Shown: piece after piece, positions 38,876 through 47,564 of the stretch | Layout of the letters: every line of letters begins with the position of its first letter | Position numbering within the stretch: the stretch's first letter is position 1 | DNA from: Schmidtea nova | Taxonomy: Eukaryota | Length of the DNA stretch: 64,000 nt | Assembly: GCA_044892505.1 (NCBI GenBank) | Contig: CM097884.1 | Coordinates: 14,260,001-14,324,000 of the forward strand | Reading direction: 5' to 3' | Notes under the pieces: generated by a model | What the model was told of the DNA's origin: nothing | The model's input: the letters and a program-made list of their open reading frames with translations, nothing else | Databases searched by the model: none | Made by a program: the position numbers and the translations under genes

Positions 38876-40138
38876 TTATTTTATGGATTCTATCCATTCG
38901 CAATTCTCTTCAATCTCCTCTAAATACATTTCAGTTGCCCATTTCAACTTTTGAATACTCTTTTCTGTTCCTGTATCTATTTCATCCACTTCCATGTTTG
39001 TCTCGTCTACGACCATTATCGTTCTTTCCGATCTGGGAATTTCAGATATTGATTCCATATGTTGTCTAGTTTTATACTCTTGCAATGAATACTTTTTTGA
39101 TGGCCCTATCTTAGGCATTGATATATCATCGATCCAAAGGTTTTCTAGTCCCAAATATATCTTCCGAATGCTTTTGACGTCCTCTAAAGCTGAGTGAATA
39201 CCCATTTGCATCTCTTCTCCATAGAGTTCCTTCATTATGGTTTTGAGCTTATACCATTCCCCTCTTCTTGTCACTCCTTTTAATTGCAACGCTTGAGCAG
39301 TAGCTAGATCCCGTATGCCATAAAGATGATTTACCCATATCCCTAGGAATTGTAATTCTGCATGTAGGTCATGTCCTACGAGTATTTTCCCGATTGTCAG
39401 TTTTTGGATTTCCTTCATCTCTTCGTACTGGTCTTTTTGATTTCGGCTTGCCACCTCCGTTATTCCATGGATGTTTGAGTTGAAATGTTTGAGTCTTCCT
39501 CTAGGTGTTAAGAAGACATTTTTCACAACTTTCCCGTAATAGTTCATAATGGCCACCGCCAAGGGAATCATCTTTCCAGTCATGCTGGTTCCATATTCGG
39601 CATCAATGAACAATATTTTGTTCCGAATTTCTTCTATACCCATTTCCCTCCGAATAAAGGACAATTTTCTTTTTAACATTTCCTTTGTTATTTGTAGGAG
39701 TTCAAGATTTTCTTTCTGCATTGGCTCCTCGCTGGGTACATCATCAATTTCGTTTTTGATCCTTGTTTCCACTACAATTGTGGCATCCTCGTTTGCTGCT
39801 CTTAATATTTTCCCGATTGCTGGCTCCTTGATTTTCCATGACGAAAGTTTTTTGATCTCCCACCATATTTGATCATTTTCGTCTAGAATTTCCACCGTCC
39901 CTCTGATGACGTGGATATAGTATTCGTCTTTATCTGATATTTTTAGTTCCTTTGTCATTTGAAATTTTGATTTTCTGTCTATAGTGAATACTTGGACTTT
40001 CATTTTTCTGTCGTCCAACCTTAGATAATTTGGAATTTGCAAATTGTTGACTATCTGGAATCTTCTTTGGCCGGCATGATTTCTCATCATCTTCAGATAG
40101 CTGTCATACGTTTCTCTGGCCCATTGTATCTGCTCCAT
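38876..40138 (-). CDS. 420-aa accessory protein with REX4/ISG20-like DEDDh 3-5 exonuclease domain
   Basis: ExoI ILFIDAE, FNSNIHGIT, ExoII ILVGHDLHAEL, IRDLA, KLKTI...ExoIII HSALEDV. Confidence 0.9.
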   Translation of the reverse strand: MEQIQWARETYDSYLKMMRNHAGQRRFQIVNNLQIPNYLRLDDRKMKVQVFTIDRKSKFQMTKELKISDKDEYYIHVIRGTVEILDENDQIWWEIKKLSSWKIKEPAIGKILRAANEDATIVVETRIKNEIDDVPSEEPMQKENLELLQITKEMLKRKLSFIRREMGIEEIRNKILFIDAEYGTSMTGKMIPLAVAIMNYYGKVVKNVFLTPRGRLKHFNSNIHGITEVASRNQKDQYEEMKEIQKLTIGKILVGHDLHAELQFLGIWVNHLYGIRDLATAQALQLKGVTRRGEWYKLKTIMKELYGEEMQMGIHSALEDVKSIRKIYLGLENLWIDDISMPKIGPSKKYSLQEYKTRQHMESISEIPRSERTIMVVDETNMEVDEIDTGTEKSIQKLKWATEMYLEEIEENCEWIESIK

Positions 40139-40323
40139 TTCTTACAAACGATTATAATTTAAATTTGAATTAATTCAATTTTGACGCTAGGACTAAGATG
40201 GAGTACCCAAAGGATACTGTCTTAGTTGGTAGCGGTATAAATAAAAATATAAAATTACCGATTTAATTGAAGTTTTCTTAGTTATTTGAAATTAATTTAA
40301 ATTTTATGATGTCTAAGTTTACC

Positions 40324-40390
40324 TTATATACCCCCCTTTTGATTTTTCTATCCCTTTTTCTACTCCCTCACTCTTTTAGTATTAGCCAAT
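40324..40390 (-). promoter_or_regulatory. Putative internal Pol II promoter for the exonuclease ORF
   Basis: ATTGG (CCAAT box) at 40386-40390 about 55 nt upstream of TATATAAG at 40323-40330, about 190 nt before the ATG. Confidence 0.45.
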
Positions 40391-40514
40391 CAAATCACTT
40401 TCCCACTTTCCCATGCCGAAGAGTGCAGATTCACATGAAACAATTATAAAAGAAAATGTCACTAGATACTAAACTATTAATCTACCATAATTGCATGCAA
40501 ATAATTGTATCTCA

Positions 40515-43500
40515 CTATACAAACGTCTCCTCGTAATCGATCCAAGGTCTCGGGGCCTCGGATTGATTCGTAGAATGTCTTTCAGTTTTTCGAATTTCAA
40601 AGATGATGACAGATATGAGAATAATGACAAATATTGTTATAATGATAATTGTTATTAATAATGTTACACATAGTAATTCATTTTCCGTAGGTGAGGCTGA
40701 TATAGTTTTATTGCTTGGATTTGACACCTTGATGTGAGCAGTTGTGATTCGCGTTGATTGATTTAACTTTTGTGGGTAACTGTCCATCTCAGTATATGAC
40801 ACTCGAACAAATTTGTCCTCTACCAAGGTTAATTGCCAAAGAGTGGAGTATTTGGCTCGCCGATAATACTTGATTTTTATTAGCACTATTTGAGAGTTTG
40901 ATTTTGACCGTAGTTGTCGGAAAGATAAGATCTTTGATTCATTTCGGTTCTCTAATATTCCTTGTACTTTTCCACAATAGTATAAAACAGCTCTCTGATT
41001 GGGGTACGTTTGACGGGTGACATTTATCGTCTGATCATACACATGAAAGATAACTCTGTTTGTTTCATTGATCAAGTTTATCGTGTGTTGACTGGAATGG
41101 ATTAGAACCCACTGATCGGTGCTGTCTGTTCCATTTTCGTACAACGACTTTTCAAAATATTGTATTTGAATATTATACATCTGAAATAATTTTAAATTAA
41201 CATATTTTATAAATGGTTTTCTGCTGTTCAGTGTATCGATAGCATGATTTTGAAAGACAGTTTTTACTTGCTGGGATTCATGAGAGTTCCAATATACATT
41301 AATTCCATTGATTACTGGTTCAATGGATACGCGGTCTTGTAGTCTTTTTGTCCATACATTGACACGTATTAGATCATGGACTCTTGTAAAATTATCTTTA
41401 AGATTTACTCGTGTTATTATCCAAGGGTATTTATAATTCATTGCTAATTCACGCGCGACATGTGTATTTTTGTTATAGTTTAATTTTACTGGGGGCTCGA
41501 AATAGTTCAGCAGATTATTTATCTCTATTTCTTCCGTCGCTTCGCAATAATAGATCCATACTATTTGGGTACATGTTGAATACACATCGATATTTTCTAA
41601 TAATGGGACTTTCTTCATTGCATATGCTGGGAATGTTCGTATTGCCGACGCACACAAAACATTGATCATCATCACTGTTGTTATCAACAACGTTTTACTT
41701 AGGTAGTTTAATTGAGTAGGGTTTTTTGTAAATTTTTGTTTAATTACTTTCTCTTTTTCGCCGTTACTTGGTTTTGACCTCAAGGGATATCTTTCTTCCA
41801 GCGGAACTTTCTTACATCGGTTTACATGAATGACAATCGTTCCCGCCTTTTTATTATTTTGTGGACGCAATTTTAAATTCGTCTCGGTTGTATCACACAC
41901 CAAATAAGGTCCTTTAAATGGTCGCTGTAGTTTGGTAGACAGCCCTTTCGTTGGCTCTGGTTTATTTATGTACACCAAATCTCCAACTTTAATATCATGT
42001 GCATGCGCACGTTTATCATAGCATTCTTTATATGCTTCTTGATTATGCCTTATTTTCAATCCCGCTTTGACCCATACTGATTGCAGTCTTTCCTGCATTA
42101 CTACTTTGTAATCGGATACGTCCATGTATTGTGAGATTGGTGGTTGAAACTTTAAGTCAATCGGCATATTGTTTCGTCGTAGGTACATAAGATAAAATGG
42201 TGTTTCACCGGTGCTTTCATTCACTGCATTTCGATATGCAAACAAACATGGCTTAATGAACAAATCCCAATCTTTTTGTTTCCTGTTTACATAAGACGAA
42301 ATCATGTTAATTAATGTTCCATTAAATCTGTCGACTAACCCATCTGTTTGTGGGTGATATGGGGATGTATTAAGTTTTAGGATTCCGAATAATTCGGTTA
42401 TAGATTTAAATAATTCGCTTTGAAAGTTTGTTCCTTGGTCTGTGAGCAATTTTCTTGGTGCTCCGTACCGAAATATGATGTTTTCTACAAATATTTTCGC
42501 AACAGTTTCTGCCTTTTGATTCTGCATTGCATATGCTTCCGGCCATTTTGTTAGGTAATCACAAAATACGATGATATATTTATTTCCATTGGTTGTTTCT
42601 GGTAGTGGACCAACAATATCCATTGCTGTCATTTCCATTGGTGCTACCGGCACGGTCATAGGTTTTAAAGGAACTTTTATTTTCCTTCCTGTATTTCGCC
42701 TGGTCAGACAAACTTCACAAGTGTGACACCATTGTCTGACGTCTTGCTCTATCGTGTCCCAGTAATATTTCTGTTTTAATCTTGATAATGTTTTTCGAGC
42801 AGATAAATGTCCTCCCAATGCCCCATCATGATACAACAACAGTAATGCTGTTCGATGTTTTGCCGGTACTACTATTAATAAGTTTTCATTTTTCACACAT
42901 TTCAACAACCCATCATGGATGACGTATTTATGTTTTTCTTCCGCAATGTGCTTCCAGTCACTTTCTCTTTTTATTGTGACAGCATGTTTCCGCAATTGAT
43001 TCAATTCAACATCGTTTTCCTGATCACCCTGTAATTCCTTCATATTATTTGCCGTTTTAATTGCCATAAATATCGTATTTTCATAATTTACTTCATTTTG
43101 AATAATATTTTCTTCAGGGATTCTCGACATTGCGTCCGCATTTCCATTTGACTTCCCCGTACGGTACTTAATTTCAAAATCGTACTCCTGTAATGCAATT
43201 GACCACCTAATCAGCTTGCTTGCCGAATCTCGATGCTTCATTAACCATTGTAATGGGTTATGATCCGTAAATACAATAAACTTTCTCCCAACCAAATATT
43301 GTCGAAAATTAGTTATCCCATATACTAATGCTAGCGTTTCTTTTTCGATTGTGGAATAATTTTTTTCATGTGGTTTTAATGAACGGCTTGCATAAGCAAT
43401 TACGTGATCTTTCTCACCTTCTACTTGCTGTCCAAGTACTGCTCCTAATGCAAAATTGCTTGCATCTGTCATCAGTATAAATGGTTTTTTGAAGTTCGGA

Positions 43501-46500
43501 CATCTCAATATTGGTTGTTTAATAAGACTCTCTTTTAATTTATCAAATGCTTCTTGTTGAGCTGTTACCCATTTGAATTTAGTCTGCTTTTTTAGCAACA
43601 TGTTTAAAGGTTGTGCTACATGCGAAAAATTCCTTATGAATTTCCTATAATAGCTCGCTAATCCAAGAAATTGTCGGACTTGATCCGCATCTTTGGGGAT
43701 CGGATACTTTTTGATCTTTTCTACATTTTCTGGGTTTGGTTGTAACCCTCTCCGTGAAATTATGTGCCCTACGTAAACAACTTCTGATTTTCCCCATTCA
43801 CATTTTGAAGGTTTTATTTTTAAATTGGCTTCTATTAGTCGTTTAAACACTATTTCCACATCTTTTAAGTGTCCCTGAAAATTGTTTGAAAATATTATTA
43901 TATCATCAATATAGACTAATGCATGTGGTATATCACGCAAAACAAAATTCATACCTCTCTGGAATGTAGCTGGTGCTCCCGTTAGACCGAATGGAAGCAC
44001 ATTAAACTCATATAGTCCTTTCCCATCTGAAAATGCCGTTTTTCTCCTGTCTTCCTCTTTGACTTTAAATTTGTTATATCCTTTGTTAAGATCGATTACT
44101 GTGAAGAATTGTACTTCTCCCATCTGATCAAACATTTCTTGCGGAACTGGTATAGGATATGTGTCTTTTCTTGTCACTTGGTTTAATTTCCGATAATCAA
44201 CACAAAATCGTAATTCACCGTCCTTCTTTTTCACTACTACTATTGACGATGAGAATGGTGATGAACTATCTCTTATTATTTTGAATTCCTTCATGGCTTT
44301 AATTTGCCGATCGCTTTCTTCTTGATGTATATATGGAATTCTGTACGGTCGTATTTTTATAGGAGTTTCATCAAGCAATGGTATTTCGTGTTCAATTATC
44401 TGAGTGAGTCCTAGATCATACTCATGTTTCGCGAATGCATTTTTATACCTTTTCAATAATGCCGCAAATTCTTGTCTTTGTGCCTCTGTTAGATCATCAC
44501 TTGTCACTTGTGGTTCTTTATAGATTTTGATATTTCTAGGTAGTTTTTGCACTTCCTCCCCTTTCATTTTTGACAGTTTTCCCAACTTTGTTTTGGGTTT
44601 CATTTGAACAGATTTTGTGCTACAATTAGCTATTCTTACTGGCACGGTTTTGTCTTTAATTTTTACTATTTCGTCACACATAGGTACGTCGTACTTTTCT
44701 ATTAGTTTTTGATTTGGTTCGAATATACACTCTTCTTCGGAAACATTTTCTACATTAGCGTAGTATATCACTTCGCTTTTTGGTGGTACTTCCAACGTTT
44801 GATTTAAAAAGACCTCTCCTGCTTCATGCACTACCTCATCAGTCTGCCTTTTTATTAATTTGCCCGTCTTTAAGTCCAGTGAGATTCCTTGTAATTGTTC
44901 CATGATATCCATGCCAATCAAACATTTGACAGGGCTTTTTCTCATTACTGATACCCAATGAATTACTTCCTGATTTCCTATATTCAACTTTACTTCTAGT
45001 TTTCCAATAATATTTAATACGTTATGCGTCATTGATTTAATAATTTTTGTTGTTGGCTTTATTTTCGCTTTTTCCTGTCTCGTTAAGAAACTCTCCGATA
45101 CTATACTGTGACTCGAGCCTGAATCCAATAACGCTTCCACTTTTCTTTCATTAAACTGTATGGATATTCTAGGTTGTTTTCCTCCAATTTCTATTGTCAT
45201 CAATGCGTAACTACATGGTAACCCAAGCATGTTCTTTCTTTCAATTTCGGCGCTTGATGGCTCAATCTTCTCTAGTTCGATTTTAATCTCATCAACTGGC
45301 TTCATTTCTCTCAACTTCTCACTTGGGTATATTGGAGCTGTTGGTATTAATGTCGGTGTGTACCATTTAGAAAGAGTGTCAATTCCTGTTAATTTTGGCA
45401 TTGGTTCAAGCAAGAACCTGGTTTCGGGTTCTATTCTACTTTTCATTATGCTCCTTCGAAAATTATTTTGCTCTGATCTGCCGCCACCGTTCTCATTATC
45501 AGGACCATTATTTTTATCCTCATGATCGCATAGTGATTCTTCGCTTTTCTGATCATTTCTCAATTGCGCTCGTACATTTGCCATTTCTTTGTATTGATGA
45601 CTTGTAATGAAGAATCTAGCCAAAAATGGAATACAACCAATCATCATTTTCCATGACCATCCGGAAATTGTATATATCCTGTGAGTGGACAATACTTGTG
45701 ATATTATCACCTTTACCGTTACTGCAATTACATAAATACCAATTAAACCTGCACAGGCTTGTCCCAAAAACATGAATTTTCCCCAAATCTTTTCCATTGT
45801 TTTGTAAGTAGCTCGTTTAAAATGATCAGGTGTCAGCAAGTATTCGTAGTTAACTTTCCCTTCTCCATTCGGCAATATGGTATCAATCATTTCTGAAATC
45901 ACGCGTTCCTTTTTTGACGGAAATAACAAATTTCTTTGGGCTTCTTCGATGTCTTCGCTCGCATACAAACCCATTTGTGCCATTTTATTCATTGATGTAA
46001 AATTTATTAAGTATTCCAAATTCGTCAATTCCAATTTATCTGGTGTTCTTACTCCTCGGTAATCTGGTAGCGCTATCCATGAATCTTGTGCTAAGCGATA
46101 TAATGGGGCTAATAATCGATTACATTGCAAGGTTTTTGGTTTAACTTGTTCCCCCAGCAGTATTCGGGTTATCGGTTCCATAAATCGTAGTTTCCCGCCA
46201 ACACTTACTGGCAATTCATTTGTACATTTCTCGTATTTTACTATTTTCACTGTAATTTCTTTGCATCGGTAACTGTACAGCGCTTCTCCAAAGATTCTAG
46301 CAAATACACCATTTTCTGAAATTAGCATGGGTGCTACTAAATTCGGGTTTGTAACCGCCATCGCCATTCGATTTCGAAGTATTTCTTTATTCAATTTACA
46401 ATCGTTCAAGATCATTTCTCTATATATGTTCTCCATGGTATTTTGGCTAAAATGAAATAAATAATCAATTTTATTATTAAAATAATGAGTTAGTTTTATA

Positions 46501-47462
46501 TCATCCCTGTGAATTCTCGTCTTCGCTTCATGTACAGTCGTTTTTGCCACATATACTCCTTTGTAATTTGTTACATAGACTGTTTGACCACATTTGCTCG
46601 TTATCTCCTTTTTAATAAAGCGCATGCTGTCCGTTGGCAAGGTTGACATTAAAACCGTCGCTGTTTGTCTTGTCCACAGTGGAATTGACCTTACTGTGCC
46701 ATTTTGTTTATAATTCATATTAAAGTTGTCTGGTCTCTCCCTAAATTGCTCTCCGGTTAACTCTTTGAAATTCATTGTTTTTAAATGAGCCAGGTTACAT
46801 ATATTGGTTTTAACATCGTAAACGAGGATTGACTCTCCCGTGTGACAACTAGTTTGCTTCATATTACAAAATGGATGAGTTTGTAGTTTTCCGGTATCAT
46901 CATCAAAAGATCCTTCGAACATTCTCAATTCGGTTAAGTATCCCTCTATTACCACTGTGTGTTTAATTATTTTCTCATTTATTTTATACGGTTCACCTTC
47001 ACAGTCACCGTCTGATTTCATCACTACCTTCACCACTAATGTTTCTCGAATTTGATGATTTAATTTCGCTTTTAATCGAATTTCAGGGCTGATTTTTAAT
47101 TCCCCCGTTTGGAAGGCTGTTAAGCAATTTTCCGGCAATACATCCACCGGTCGTGGAATGGCGTGCATTTTGATTAATGACGTATGGCTCCATTTACCAC
47201 AGAAGAATACAAAAGTGGTTCGTTTTACAATGCATTCTCTAACTTTGGTACGCCGTAAATCTGACTCTTGATTGACATAGTATTTTATTTCGTTTTCAAT
47301 CTTTAATTTTCGAGGGTATGCGTCTGGGCACTCTGACATATCAACCACTGAGTAAATTTTCCACATTTCGGTTTGTGAACAATCGTATGCCACCAATGAC
47401 GTCGTTTGTGCAATAACTGCACATAGAATAATCATCATGAACATTATCCAAGGGAATATCAT
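40515..47462 (-). CDS. env-pol: Env1-PR-RT-RNaseH-IN-Env2 polyprotein, 2315 aa
   Basis: Signal peptide + AYDC glycoprotein + TM; LLDSGS protease; YIDD RT; TDAS/EKE/TDH RNase H; HHCC + D,D integrase and GPY; second signal peptide, N-glycosylated ectodomain and C-terminal TM. Confidence 0.95.
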   Translation of the reverse strand: MIFPWIMFMMIILCAVIAQTTSLVAYDCSQTEMWKIYSVVDMSECPDAYPRKLKIENEIKYYVNQESDLRRTKVRECIVKRTTFVFFCGKWSHTSLIKMHAIPRPVDVLPENCLTAFQTGELKISPEIRLKAKLNHQIRETLVVKVVMKSDGDCEGEPYKINEKIIKHTVVIEGYLTELRMFEGSFDDDTGKLQTHPFCNMKQTSCHTGESILVYDVKTNICNLAHLKTMNFKELTGEQFRERPDNFNMNYKQNGTVRSIPLWTRQTATVLMSTLPTDSMRFIKKEITSKCGQTVYVTNYKGVYVAKTTVHEAKTRIHRDDIKLTHYFNNKIDYLFHFSQNTMENIYREMILNDCKLNKEILRNRMAMAVTNPNLVAPMLISENGVFARIFGEALYSYRCKEITVKIVKYEKCTNELPVSVGGKLRFMEPITRILLGEQVKPKTLQCNRLLAPLYRLAQDSWIALPDYRGVRTPDKLELTNLEYLINFTSMNKMAQMGLYASEDIEEAQRNLLFPSKKERVISEMIDTILPNGEGKVNYEYLLTPDHFKRATYKTMEKIWGKFMFLGQACAGLIGIYVIAVTVKVIISQVLSTHRIYTISGWSWKMMIGCIPFLARFFITSHQYKEMANVRAQLRNDQKSEESLCDHEDKNNGPDNENGGGRSEQNNFRRSIMKSRIEPETRFLLEPMPKLTGIDTLSKWYTPTLIPTAPIYPSEKLREMKPVDEIKIELEKIEPSSAEIERKNMLGLPCSYALMTIEIGGKQPRISIQFNERKVEALLDSGSSHSIVSESFLTRQEKAKIKPTTKIIKSMTHNVLNIIGKLEVKLNIGNQEVIHWVSVMRKSPVKCLIGMDIMEQLQGISLDLKTGKLIKRQTDEVVHEAGEVFLNQTLEVPPKSEVIYYANVENVSEEECIFEPNQKLIEKYDVPMCDEIVKIKDKTVPVRIANCSTKSVQMKPKTKLGKLSKMKGEEVQKLPRNIKIYKEPQVTSDDLTEAQRQEFAALLKRYKNAFAKHEYDLGLTQIIEHEIPLLDETPIKIRPYRIPYIHQEESDRQIKAMKEFKIIRDSSSPFSSSIVVVKKKDGELRFCVDYRKLNQVTRKDTYPIPVPQEMFDQMGEVQFFTVIDLNKGYNKFKVKEEDRRKTAFSDGKGLYEFNVLPFGLTGAPATFQRGMNFVLRDIPHALVYIDDIIIFSNNFQGHLKDVEIVFKRLIEANLKIKPSKCEWGKSEVVYVGHIISRRGLQPNPENVEKIKKYPIPKDADQVRQFLGLASYYRKFIRNFSHVAQPLNMLLKKQTKFKWVTAQQEAFDKLKESLIKQPILRCPNFKKPFILMTDASNFALGAVLGQQVEGEKDHVIAYASRSLKPHEKNYSTIEKETLALVYGITNFRQYLVGRKFIVFTDHNPLQWLMKHRDSASKLIRWSIALQEYDFEIKYRTGKSNGNADAMSRIPEENIIQNEVNYENTIFMAIKTANNMKELQGDQENDVELNQLRKHAVTIKRESDWKHIAEEKHKYVIHDGLLKCVKNENLLIVVPAKHRTALLLLYHDGALGGHLSARKTLSRLKQKYYWDTIEQDVRQWCHTCEVCLTRRNTGRKIKVPLKPMTVPVAPMEMTAMDIVGPLPETTNGNKYIIVFCDYLTKWPEAYAMQNQKAETVAKIFVENIIFRYGAPRKLLTDQGTNFQSELFKSITELFGILKLNTSPYHPQTDGLVDRFNGTLINMISSYVNRKQKDWDLFIKPCLFAYRNAVNESTGETPFYLMYLRRNNMPIDLKFQPPISQYMDVSDYKVVMQERLQSVWVKAGLKIRHNQEAYKECYDKRAHAHDIKVGDLVYINKPEPTKGLSTKLQRPFKGPYLVCDTTETNLKLRPQNNKKAGTIVIHVNRCKKVPLEERYPLRSKPSNGEKEKVIKQKFTKNPTQLNYLSKTLLITTVMMINVLCASAIRTFPAYAMKKVPLLENIDVYSTCTQIVWIYYCEATEEIEINNLLNYFEPPVKLNYNKNTHVARELAMNYKYPWIITRVNLKDNFTRVHDLIRVNVWTKRLQDRVSIEPVINGINVYWNSHESQQVKTVFQNHAIDTLNSRKPFIKYVNLKLFQMYNIQIQYFEKSLYENGTDSTDQWVLIHSSQHTINLINETNRVIFHVYDQTINVTRQTYPNQRAVLYYCGKVQGILENRNESKILSFRQLRSKSNSQIVLIKIKYYRRAKYSTLWQLTLVEDKFVRVSYTEMDSYPQKLNQSTRITTAHIKVSNPSNKTISASPTENELLCVTLLITIIIITIFVIILISVIIFEIRKTERHSTNQSEAPRPWIDYEETFV

Positions 47463-47564
47463 CGTCTTCCTTAGTTTTGGACTTACTCTTCCGTTTAATT
47501 GCCTTTGCGGTGCATCGTTTTCCGGTTTCTTTCTTTTCTTTATTATCGATAAATTTAATGTTTT

